From NCBI GenBank assembly GCA_965250285.1, contig OZ252299.1, positions 4,192,001 to 4,256,000 of the forward strand: a stretch of DNA of 64,000 nucleotides, written 5' to 3'. The first letter of the stretch is position 1. Each line of letters starts with the position of its first letter. The DNA comes from Myxococcota bacterium (GTDB taxonomy: Bacteria > Myxococcota_A > UBA9160 > UBA4427). Below are positions 28,019-36,996 of this stretch, one piece after another. The notes beneath the pieces were generated by a model. It searched no databases, was not told the DNA's origin, and saw nothing but the letters and a program-made list of their open reading frames with translations. Position numbers and translations under genes: made by a program.

Positions 28019-29227
28019 ATGAAGCCCGTCGAAGAATACGACCTCTACGACCCCGAGACCGTCGAGACACCCTGGGAATACTACGCCGCGCTGCGATCCC
28101 AGGCGCCCGTCCACCAGGTGCCTGGCGGCATGGTCATGGTGTCGACCTACGACCTCTGCGTCGAGGCGATCCGCGATCCCGAGACGTTCTCGAGCAAGTT
28201 CATCCAGAAGATGTCGGGGGGCACGGCGGGCGCCGACGGCAACTACATGGGGCCCGAGACCCTGCTCTCGAACGATCCGCCCGAGCACACGTACTTTCGC
28301 AAGCTCGTGAACAAGACCTTCTCGCCCACCCGCGTGAAGAAGATGCAGCCCTACATCGAGCAGATCACGAGCGATCTCATCGACCGGATCCTCGAAGGCC
28401 CGACGACGTTCAACGCAGTCGATGCCTTCGCCGTGCCCCTTCCGCTCACCGTGATCGCCGATCAGCTCGGCGTTCCGCGCAGTGACCTCGACAACTTCAA
28501 GATCTGGTCCGACGCCACCATCGTGCCGATCGGGGGCATGGCGACCCCCGAGCAGCTGATCGAGTCGCTCAAGCTGGTCGAGGAGCTCAAGGCCTATCTC
28601 GCCGAGCGATGCCGTGAGGCCAAGGCGAGCCCGCGGGACGACATGATCAGCGACCTGGTCACAGCCGACGTCGGTGGCGAGCGGCCGATCGAAGAGAAGG
28701 AGGTCATCAGTCTGCTTCAGCAGTTCCTGGTCGCGGGCAACGAGACGACGACCAACCTGATCAGCGCAACGCTGATGTTCCTCTTTCAGAACCCCGAAGA
28801 GTACGAGAAGCTGAAGGCCGACCCGACCCTGCTGCCGAACGCCATCGAAGAGGCTCTTCGGCTCGAGACGCCCACCTCGGGCATGTGGCGCGTCGCGACG
28901 CGCGACACCGAGCTCGGCGGCGTCGAGATCGCCGAGGGCAGCATGGTGATGCTGCGCTACGCGGCCGCCAACCGCGACGAGGCCGTGTTCGAAGACCCCG
29001 ACACCTTCAAGATCGACCGACCGAACGCCAAGGAGCATCTCGCGTTCGGCCTGGGCATCCACTTCTGCCCGGGCGCCGCGCTGTCGCGTGAAGAGGCACG
29101 CGCGGGGGTCGGGCGCATCCTCGAGCGATTGCCCAACCTGCGGCTCGCGCCCGGCAACGACTTCAAGCACCACCCCAGCGTCCTGCTGCGCGGGCTGATC
29201 CGGCTCGACGTCGAGTTCGACGGCTGA
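28019..29227 (+). CDS. Cytochrome P450
   Basis: DPPEH, AGNETT, EEALR, heme motif FGLGIHFCPG. Confidence 0.95.
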   Translation: MKPVEEYDLYDPETVETPWEYYAALRSQAPVHQVPGGMVMVSTYDLCVEAIRDPETFSSKFIQKMSGGTAGADGNYMGPETLLSNDPPEHTYFRKLVNKTFSPTRVKKMQPYIEQITSDLIDRILEGPTTFNAVDAFAVPLPLTVIADQLGVPRSDLDNFKIWSDATIVPIGGMATPEQLIESLKLVEELKAYLAERCREAKASPRDDMISDLVTADVGGERPIEEKEVISLLQQFLVAGNETTTNLISATLMFLFQNPEEYEKLKADPTLLPNAIEEALRLETPTSGMWRVATRDTELGGVEIAEGSMVMLRYAAANRDEAVFEDPDTFKIDRPNAKEHLAFGLGIHFCPGAALSREEARAGVGRILERLPNLRLAPGNDFKHHPSVLLRGLIRLDVEFDG

Positions 29228-29354
29228 GCCGCGACGCGGAGGTGGCGCTCCTCGCCCGGGGCGCCGGTTGCCTCTGCCGATCCCGCGTTCGCCCCGCTAG
29301 CTTCGAAGGGGCTCGCCGACCCGGCGGGCCCCTTCTTCGTTTCGAGGCGACGCC

Positions 29355-31709
29355 ATGACGCACCCCTATCAAGACCCCGCGCTCAGAATCGACGAGCGCG
29401 TCGACGATCTCGTCGGGCGCATGACGCTCACCGAGAAGCTCGTCCAGATCGGCTGCGTCTGGTCGACCCAGCTGGTGGACGACGAGGCCTTCTCGGCCGC
29501 GAAGGCCGCCGAGCAGATGCCTCACGGCACGGGCCACGTGACGCGGATCGCCGCATCGACCGGGCTGCGGCCGCGCGAGAACGCGGCGTTCATGAACGAC
29601 ATCCAGCGTTGGCTCGTCGAGGAGACACGGCTCGGCATCCCGGCCCTCGTGCATGAAGAGTCGGCGGCGGGCTTCTGCGCCCGCGACGCAACGCAGTTTC
29701 CGCAGGCCATCGGGCTGGCCGCGACGTGGGATCCCGAAGGTGCGCGGCGCATCGGCGAGGTGATCCGGGCGCAGATGTGTGCGGTGGGGGCCCGCCAGAC
29801 CCTGGCGCCCGTGCTCGACGTCACCCGCGAGCCACGCTGGGGCCGCACCGAGGAGACGTTCGGCGAGTGCCCCTACCTCGTGTCACGCATGGGCGTCGCC
29901 TACGTGCAGGGGGTGCAGGGCGACGACCTCTCACGCGGTGTCGCCGCCACGGGCAAGCACTTCCTCGGCTATGGGATGCCCGAGGGCGGTCTCAACCACG
30001 CTTCGGCGCGCATCGGTCCACGCGAGCTGCGCGAGGTGTACGCGCGCCCGTTCGAGGCGGCGATCCGAGAGGCAGGGCTTGCCTCGGTGATGAACGCCTA
30101 CAACGACGTCGACGGGCTGCCCTGCGGCGGCTCGCGCGCGATCCTCGATGATCTGCTGCGCGGTGAGCTCGGCTTCGAGGGCGTCGTCGTCGCCGACTAC
30201 TTCACGACCGGGCTGCTCATCCACTGGCACAAGGTCGCGGCCGACAAGGGCGAAGCGGGGCAGCGCGCGCTCGAGGCCGGGCTCGACGTCGAGCTGCCTG
30301 CGCTCGACTGCTACGGCGGGCCGCTCGAAGAGCGCGTCGAATCGGGCGCGCTCGACGAGGCCTACGTCGACCGGGCCGTGCGCCGGCTGCTGACGATGAA
30401 GTTCGAGCTCGGCCTGTTCGAGTCTCCGACCGTCGAGCTCGACGCGGTCGAGCCCGCGTACGACGATCCCCAGGCCGTCGAGCTCGCCCGAGATCTGGCG
30501 GCGCGCTCGACGGTGCTGCTGACGAACGACGGTGTGCTGCCGCTCTCGAACGAGACCGGCTCGATCGCGGTCATCGGTCCCTGCGCCGACGACATCCGGC
30601 TGCAGCTGGGCGACTACCACTACCCGTCGCACCTCGAGATGATCTTCAAGCGCAAAGCAGACGGCGAGCAGGGGATCCTGCCTTCGAGCGACGTCGTCGC
30701 CTTCGCGCCGGGGCCCTACTACCGCCCCTCGGTCTCCCTCATCGAGGGCATTCGCGCAGCCGCGGGAGAGACTTGCACGATTCGCACCGCGCCGGGCTGC
30801 GCGCTGAACGACGACGATCGCAGCGGCTTCGACGCGGCTGTCGAGGCCGCGCGCGCCAGCGAGGTCGCGATCGTCTGCGTCGGGGGCAAGTCGGGCCTGC
30901 TGCCCGAAGACACGAGCGGCGAGTTTCGCGATGCGTCCGACCTGTCGCTCACCGGCCAACAGCAGGCCCTCGTCGAGGCGATCGTCGCGACGGGCACCCC
31001 GACCGTGGTGATCCTCGTGGGCGGTCGCATCTTCTCGGTGCCCTGGATCGCCGAGCACGCGGCGGCGCTGGCCTTCGCCTTCTGTCCGGGCGAGCAGGGG
31101 GGGCATGGCGTGGCCGACGTGCTCTTCGGGCGCGTGAACCCGGCCGCCCGACTCCCGATCTCGATGCCGGTCTCGGTGGGTCAGGTGCCGGTCTACTACG
31201 ACCACCGTTCGGGAAGCGGGCGCTCGCAGATGCTCGGCGACTACATCGATGGACCCACGCGGCCGCTCTTCTCGTTTGGTCACGGGCTCTCGTACACCCG
31301 CTTCGAGTACGGCGCGCTCGAGCTATCGACGACGACCCCCGATGCACAGGGGGTCGTCACGGTCTCGCTCGACGTGACGAACACGGGGGACGTCGACGGC
31401 GACGAGGTCGTCCAGCTCTACGTGCGCGACGAGGTCGCGCGCTGTAGCCGCCCCAACAAGCAGCTCGCCGGGTTCGTACGAACAAACATCGAAGCCGGCC
31501 GCACCCGCCGCGTGCGTTTCGAGCTCGACGTCTCGCAGCTCGGCTACTACGACGAGGACATGCGCTTCGTGGTCGAGCCCGGGTTCGTGACGGTCGAGCT
31601 GGGCGCGAGCGCCACCGACGTGCGCCAGACCGCACGGTTCGAGATCGGTGGCGCGTTGCGGGTGCTGTCGACGGCCGAGATCGTGCCGACCGGGGTGCAC
31701 GTCGACTGA
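29355..31709 (+). CDS. GH3 beta-glucosidase/xylosidase, no signal peptide
   Basis: RLGIP, FPQAIG, PRWGRTEETFGE, KHF, nucleophile in VVADY, C-terminal Fn3-like EVVQLYV. Confidence 0.93.
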   Translation: MTHPYQDPALRIDERVDDLVGRMTLTEKLVQIGCVWSTQLVDDEAFSAAKAAEQMPHGTGHVTRIAASTGLRPRENAAFMNDIQRWLVEETRLGIPALVHEESAAGFCARDATQFPQAIGLAATWDPEGARRIGEVIRAQMCAVGARQTLAPVLDVTREPRWGRTEETFGECPYLVSRMGVAYVQGVQGDDLSRGVAATGKHFLGYGMPEGGLNHASARIGPRELREVYARPFEAAIREAGLASVMNAYNDVDGLPCGGSRAILDDLLRGELGFEGVVVADYFTTGLLIHWHKVAADKGEAGQRALEAGLDVELPALDCYGGPLEERVESGALDEAYVDRAVRRLLTMKFELGLFESPTVELDAVEPAYDDPQAVELARDLAARSTVLLTNDGVLPLSNETGSIAVIGPCADDIRLQLGDYHYPSHLEMIFKRKADGEQGILPSSDVVAFAPGPYYRPSVSLIEGIRAAAGETCTIRTAPGCALNDDDRSGFDAAVEAARASEVAIVCVGGKSGLLPEDTSGEFRDASDLSLTGQQQALVEAIVATGTPTVVILVGGRIFSVPWIAEHAAALAFAFCPGEQGGHGVADVLFGRVNPAARLPISMPVSVGQVPVYYDHRSGSGRSQMLGDYIDGPTRPLFSFGHGLSYTRFEYGALELSTTTPDAQGVVTVSLDVTNTGDVDGDEVVQLYVRDEVARCSRPNKQLAGFVRTNIEAGRTRRVRFELDVSQLGYYDEDMRFVVEPGFVTVELGASATDVRQTARFEIGGALRVLSTAEIVPTGVHVD

Positions 31710-31751
31710 ACGCGTGACGTCGGCCGCCGAAGGGTCTCGCGTCCACGCACC

Positions 31752-32408
31752 TCAGTCGGCCTCGAAGCCGATCTCGGCGTGCTGGCCGTCACAGAAGGGT
31801 TTGTTCTTCGAGGCGCCGCACCGACAGAGCGCGGCACGGTCGCCCTGCCACGCGACTCGGCCGCTCGCCGCGACGATCGAGAAGGCGCCGCGCAGCAGAA
31901 TCGGCCCGTTCGGGATCTTCTTCACGCTCAGCGGGCCCCCTTCGGTCTCGATCCCGGGGCCGGTCTCACCGACCGCGCCGTAGTCGACGAAGCCCGCCTT
32001 CTCGTGCGCGCCGTCGCAGAACGGCTTGTTCTGCGAAGCACCGCAGCGGCAGAGCGCAGCGCGAAACGCGAGTGAGGGCTGGTCTGCGCCGGCGCCCTCG
32101 ACGTCGAGCTCACCCTCGAGGTAGAGCGGCCCGTTGTTCGCGACGTTCACCGTGTTGCGCGGCGCCGGTGTCTCACCTTCGACGTCGGTCTTGTGGTCGA
32201 TCGACAGCGCGCCGGTCGGGCAGCGAGAGACGACATCGATGACTTCGTCGAGGCCCACGAGATCGGGCTGACACCAGGGCTTGCGCCCGCCCTCGAAGAG
32301 CTCGTTCGCGGCGCGGCCACACTCACCGACGTGAATGCAGAGCCGCCCGTCCCAGACGACGTCCGCCTCATTGCCCTCATACCGAACCTTCTGATCTTCG
32401 TCGGCCAC
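31752..32408 (-). CDS. Divergent 4Fe-4S ferredoxin domain plus two CDGSH iron-sulfur domains
   Basis: CIHVGEC...CPTGAL; LCRCGASQNKPFCDGAH and LCRCGASKNKPFCDGQH; GTG 32408 with GGAGG RBS. Confidence 0.88.
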   Translation of the reverse strand: MADEDQKVRYEGNEADVVWDGRLCIHVGECGRAANELFEGGRKPWCQPDLVGLDEVIDVVSRCPTGALSIDHKTDVEGETPAPRNTVNVANNGPLYLEGELDVEGAGADQPSLAFRAALCRCGASQNKPFCDGAHEKAGFVDYGAVGETGPGIETEGGPLSVKKIPNGPILLRGAFSIVAASGRVAWQGDRAALCRCGASKNKPFCDGQHAEIGFEAD

Positions 32409-32568
32409 TTTGCCCTCCTCCTGCGCATTGGCTGTTTCGCTGGGATGCCGGGCCGGCCATCGGGATCCGGCGGCGTGCTGGTCCCGGCCCAGCGAAGCCG
32501 CTACCCCTCCCGGACAGCCCATGGCGCGGTCGCTTCGACCGCCGCACGAACGATAGGAGTCCCCCTTG

Positions 32569-33792
32569 ATGATCGTCGAGCCCGAGGCCGTCGGCCTCTC
32601 GAAGACCCGACTGCAGCGCATCGTCCAGCACCTCGACGAGCGCTATGTGCAGCCGGGCAAGATCCCTGGCTGCCTGACGCTCGTATCGCGTCGGGGCGAG
32701 GTCGCGTTTCTCGAGGCCCAGGGTCTGATGGATCGCGAGCGCGAGAAGCCGATGGGCGAAGACACCCTGTTTCGCATCTACTCGATGACGAAGCCGGTCA
32801 CCTCGGTCGCGCTCATGATGCTGATGGAGGAGGCCGGGTTCGACCTGAACACGCCGGTCTCGAAGTTCATCCCCGAGTTCAAGGGGCTGCGGGTCTACGC
32901 CCAGGGCACCTACCCGAACTTCGTGACGACGAAGCCCGAGCGCGAGATGAACATCAAGGACATCCTGACGCACATGTCGGGCCTCACCTATGGCTTCATG
33001 TACCGCACCAACGTCGATGCCGCGTACCGCCGCTCGAAGATCGGCAACGTCGAGCACCGCGAGGGGCTGACGCTCGAAGACTTCTGCTCGACCCTCGCGA
33101 CGCTGCCCCTCGAGTTCTCACCGGGCACTGCATGGAACTACTCGGTCTCGACCGACGTGTGTGGACGCGTCGTCGAGGTCGTCTCGGGTCAGCCCCTCGA
33201 CGTCTTCATGCGCGAGCGCATCTTCGAGCCCCTCGGCATGACCGACACGTTCTTCGAGGTGCCTGAAGGCAAGCTCGAACGATTCGCCGCGTGCTACGAG
33301 CGCAACCGAAAGAAGGAGCTGCGCCTCCAGGACGACCCCGAGACCAGCGCGTACCGAAGCGTGTCGTTCTTCTCGGGCGGGGGCGGCCTCGTCTCCACGA
33401 TCCACGACTACCACCGCTTCTGTCAGATGCTGCTGCGGGGCGGCGAGCTCGACGGCGAGCGGCTCCTCGGTCGCAAGACGATCGAGCTCATGACGACGAA
33501 TCACTTGCCGAACGGCGGCAGCCTCGTCGATCACTCGGTGGGCCTCTTCGCCGAGGTCTCGTTCGAGGGCACGGGCTTCGGCCTCGGCTTCTCGATCAAC
33601 GGGGGACCGGGCGCCACCAGTCAGATGGGCAGTGCGGGCGAGTATGCGTGGGGCGGCGCGGCCAGCACGATCTTCTGGATCGACCCGAAAGAAGAGCTGA
33701 TCGTCGTCTTCATGACCCAGCTCATGCCGTCGCGGACGTTCGACTTTCGGGGGCAGCTGAAGAATCTCGTCTACTCGTCGATCGTCGACTGA
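32569..33792 (+). CDS. Serine hydrolase, beta-lactamase-related (family VIII esterase-like)
   Basis: FRIYSMTK, LTHMSGL, PGTAWNYS, GGGGL, WGGAAST. Confidence 0.92.
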   Translation: MIVEPEAVGLSKTRLQRIVQHLDERYVQPGKIPGCLTLVSRRGEVAFLEAQGLMDREREKPMGEDTLFRIYSMTKPVTSVALMMLMEEAGFDLNTPVSKFIPEFKGLRVYAQGTYPNFVTTKPEREMNIKDILTHMSGLTYGFMYRTNVDAAYRRSKIGNVEHREGLTLEDFCSTLATLPLEFSPGTAWNYSVSTDVCGRVVEVVSGQPLDVFMRERIFEPLGMTDTFFEVPEGKLERFAACYERNRKKELRLQDDPETSAYRSVSFFSGGGGLVSTIHDYHRFCQMLLRGGELDGERLLGRKTIELMTTNHLPNGGSLVDHSVGLFAEVSFEGTGFGLGFSINGGPGATSQMGSAGEYAWGGAASTIFWIDPKEELIVVFMTQLMPSRTFDFRGQLKNLVYSSIVD

Positions 33793-33831
33793 GTCGACGC
33801 GGCCCGGGCGGCACACCGGGCGACCCGAGCT

Positions 33832-34485
33832 TCAGAACCGCAGAACGACCTGCGCACCGAAGGTGAGAAAGCGCATGTCGCCGAGGCTCCCCGTCGGCAT
33901 CACGTAGGCGACCTCGCTCGACAAGGCGAGATGCTTCGTCAGATAGAAGTCGAGGCCGCCACCGAAGCGACCGGCGAACGCGACTTCGTTGTCGTCGAAG
34001 CCGGCGCCACCACAATCCATCGACGCTCCGCCGAGGTCGCGGCAAGCGAGATTCGCCCACAGGAAGCCCGCGCCACCGGTCACAAAGGGCTGCAGTCGCC
34101 CGCCGATCGGATACAGGCGCAGGTTGGTGAAACCGAGCAGCGTCTTCGCGTCGATCGAGCTCGCATCGTCGTTCGACAGCTCGAAGCCGTTCACGGTGTA
34201 GTCGAATGCGAGGTCGAGCGAAGCGAAGCGGTTCCAGCGCGTGCCGAGCCGGCCGCCGACGAGGAGCGCATTGCTGACGTCGTGACCGCGCGGGTCGAGA
34301 TCGCCGTGAAAGGTCTCGAACGCGCCACCGACACCCACGGCCGCGTAGCTGCCCGAGCGGCCGAACGGTGACTCGGCACGCGCGGCCGCGGCGCCGAGAA
34401 CGAGCACGACGAGCAGCAGCACGAAGCGCAGCCGGACGGCAGCCGGCGAAGAGATCCACTCGAGCAACGAAGACGAAGAACGCAT
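33832..34485 (-). CDS. Outer-membrane beta-barrel protein
   Basis: Signal peptide ending ARA-E; LQPFVTGGAG, GGGLDFY; C-terminal LRF; paralog of 19176..19856. Confidence 0.78.
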   Translation of the reverse strand: MRSSSSLLEWISSPAAVRLRFVLLLVVLVLGAAAARAESPFGRSGSYAAVGVGGAFETFHGDLDPRGHDVSNALLVGGRLGTRWNRFASLDLAFDYTVNGFELSNDDASSIDAKTLLGFTNLRLYPIGGRLQPFVTGGAGFLWANLACRDLGGASMDCGGAGFDDNEVAFAGRFGGGLDFYLTKHLALSSEVAYVMPTGSLGDMRFLTFGAQVVLRF

Positions 34486-34684
34486 GAGCTCCCCCCGACC
34501 GCCCTCGCCCGGCCCGCCGATGGCGGGACGCGAAGGCGGCACCGATGTCTCACGACTCGGTGCTGGGAGCCAGGCGAACTGCGGTGGGTTCCACCCTGTG
34601 GAGCGGATCGCCGACGGCGAGCATGCTCGACGCCCTCTGCGGCGTCAGGCGCGTTTCAGCGCCCCGCGGAGTCGAGGTCGGGCG

Positions 34685-35581
34685 TCAGCGCGACGGCGGC
34701 GGGGCGATCAAGTCGCGCTGCAGACCAACGAGATCGCTCACTTTCTCGACGATCGCGGTGTCGGCGTCACGCCGCATGACCACCAGAGCCGACGTGCACA
34801 GCGTCTCGAGCTTCTTCGGGCGCCATCCGCCTTCGAGCTTCAGGTTGCGCTTGCGATACACGAGGGTGCCGTCGCCGATCGGCTCGAGCAGCGCTGCGTC
34901 GGTGACGGGCATGAGGTCGACGCGCTCGTTCTCGAGCACGGCGCGCAGCATCTTGTGCTGGAGGTTCTGCGGGTCGGTGACCCAGACGACGGCGTCGAAC
35001 TGGCCGACGGCGAGCTGGTTCACCGCGAGCGTGCCGTACTGCGGATCGGTCTCGTTGCCCGCGAGCGCGGGATCGAGCTGGGAGAGCCAGCGCCACGAGG
35101 CGGCGGCGCCGCTCTCACTCGGCCCCACCGCGATGTCGAGCGGGGTGCCGCCCGGCGGCGAGCGCAAATCGTCGAACGTCTTCACCGCGCCATCGACCCG
35201 GTACGCAACGAAGAGACATTCATCGGCGAGTCGGCCGATGACCTGCAGATCAGCGGTCTCACCCGCGCGGTAGGCTCCTGCGAATACATCGGCCTGTACG
35301 AACGCGATGTCGGCTCGCGACTCGTTCAACGTCACGATGTTCTGCGCCGAGCCCTCGCTCTCCCGAAACAACACGTCGGTGCCGCGCAGCAACGAGGCGA
35401 GGTTCTTGCCGTAGACGGTGCGGTACGTGCCGCCCTCGGGCCCACTGGCGAGCCAGAGCACCTCCTCGCCGCTCGGCTGTGCGAGCGCGGGCGATGCCAG
35501 GGCTGCACACGCGCAGGCGGCGGCGGCGAGCGGGACCAGGGAACGAACGAAGCGGGTGATGCGCGCGGGCGATTCGGACAT
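34685..35581 (-). CDS. TAXI-like TRAP solute-binding protein
   Basis: Signal peptide; ASGPEGGTY, SEGSAQN, ADIAFVQAD, VGPSESG. Confidence 0.75.
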   Translation of the reverse strand: MSESPARITRFVRSLVPLAAAACACAALASPALAQPSGEEVLWLASGPEGGTYRTVYGKNLASLLRGTDVLFRESEGSAQNIVTLNESRADIAFVQADVFAGAYRAGETADLQVIGRLADECLFVAYRVDGAVKTFDDLRSPPGGTPLDIAVGPSESGAAASWRWLSQLDPALAGNETDPQYGTLAVNQLAVGQFDAVVWVTDPQNLQHKMLRAVLENERVDLMPVTDAALLEPIGDGTLVYRKRNLKLEGGWRPKKLETLCTSALVVMRRDADTAIVEKVSDLVGLQRDLIAPPPSR

Positions 35582-35665
35582 GCCCGGATGATATCCCGAG
35601 CCTGCCGGCTCGGAATGGCCGCACCACGAGGGCGAGTTCGGGGCGTGCGGGCCCTCTGAGCGGAC

Positions 35666-35869
35666 CTAGTTCAGGCGGCCTCGCCAGATCTGAGCCACCT
35701 CGCGCACGGCCTCGGCGGCCGATCCGCACGCGCGGCGGTCGACCTCGCCCGGCCCCTCGTCCTCGACCACGTAGACGTCGGCGCGCTGTGCGTCGCGATG
35801 GATGCGCAGCGTGCGGCCTCGGCCGGGATCGCGGAGTCGGACGCCAAAGGCGAAGGGGCGGGTGGCCAT
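35666..35869 (-). CDS. Small hypothetical protein (67 aa)
   Basis: ATG 35869 preceded by AGGAG; fills the intergenic space. Confidence 0.5.
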   Translation of the reverse strand: MATRPFAFGVRLRDPGRGRTLRIHRDAQRADVYVVEDEGPGEVDRRACGSAAEAVREVAQIWRGRLN

Positions 35870-36008
35870 GTGCGGTCTCCTGGCCGCTGCGGGCGGAAGG
35901 CCCGTGGCGGCATGCCCTCCTCTCTTCGGCACGGCGGCCCCGCTCCTGTAGGAAAAGTTCAACCGCGGCGGATCGCCCCCGCCCCTCTACGTGGCTAGGC
36001 TCCGGCTC

Positions 36009-36680
36009 ATGACGACCCTCCTCGACCTCGACCCCGACCAGCTGCTCTCCACCACGCGCGCGGTGCGCCGCCGCCTCGACTACGACCGCGATGTCCCGGT
36101 CGAGCTCGTCCGCGAGTGCATCGAGATCGCCGTTCAGGCGCCGAGCGGCTCGAATGCGCGCGGTTGGCACTTCGTCGCCGTCGGAGATCCCGAGAAGAAG
36201 AAGGCCATCGGCGATCTCTACAAGCAGGGCTTTGCGGCCTACCGCGACATGCCGGTCTCGGCGCATGCGCTGGCGCAGCAGACCGAGGGATCGGATCGAA
36301 AGACGATGGACGCCGTCGTCGACTCGGCCGAGGCGCTCGCCGAGAACATGCACCGCGCACCCTGGCTGGTCATTCCGTGCGTCACCGGGCGTGCGCCGGC
36401 CATCGAGGGCCCCTTCGGTGACATCGGCCGCGCATCGATCTACGGCTCGGTGTTGCCGGCGTTCTGGAGCTTCATGCTGGCGGCGCGTGCGCGCGGGCTC
36501 GGCACCGCCTGGACGACGATCCATCTGCTCTTCGAGAAGGACGTCGCAGGCCTGCTCGGCATCCCCTACGACGAGGTCATGCAGTGCGCGCTCACGCCGC
36601 TCGCGTTCTCGATCGGCACCGACTTCAAACCGGCGAAGGGGCGCGACGTCGACGGCGTGCTGCACGTCGACGGCTGGTAG
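36009..36680 (+). CDS. Nitroreductase family protein
   Basis: TRAVRR, APSGSNARGWHF, LAARARGLGTAWT. Confidence 0.9.
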   Translation: MTTLLDLDPDQLLSTTRAVRRRLDYDRDVPVELVRECIEIAVQAPSGSNARGWHFVAVGDPEKKKAIGDLYKQGFAAYRDMPVSAHALAQQTEGSDRKTMDAVVDSAEALAENMHRAPWLVIPCVTGRAPAIEGPFGDIGRASIYGSVLPAFWSFMLAARARGLGTAWTTIHLLFEKDVAGLLGIPYDEVMQCALTPLAFSIGTDFKPAKGRDVDGVLHVDGW

Positions 36681-36996
36681 CGTCGCGCGACGCGGTGATC
36701 CGGCCCAGGCCGAGGTGGTGCGGGTTTCGACCGATGGCCGCATGGGCAAAAGGCCTGAAACACGCGTTCGAGGCCGCGGCTCACCGCGATCGAGGGGCCG
36801 TCTCAGCGCGAATTCCCACCCGATTCGGCAATCGTTCTTCCATCCGAAACCACCCGGCGGGTAGGATGCGCGTATCTGGACGCACCCGTGCCCGGCTCGC
36901 TCGCCCGCGAGTCGAACCGTTTCTCACGCGCGCGCCTTGATTCGAGCTGCGACCCGCCCTTCTCGGCCGGCGGCTGCGGCGCTAAAGGAGAAGCTC

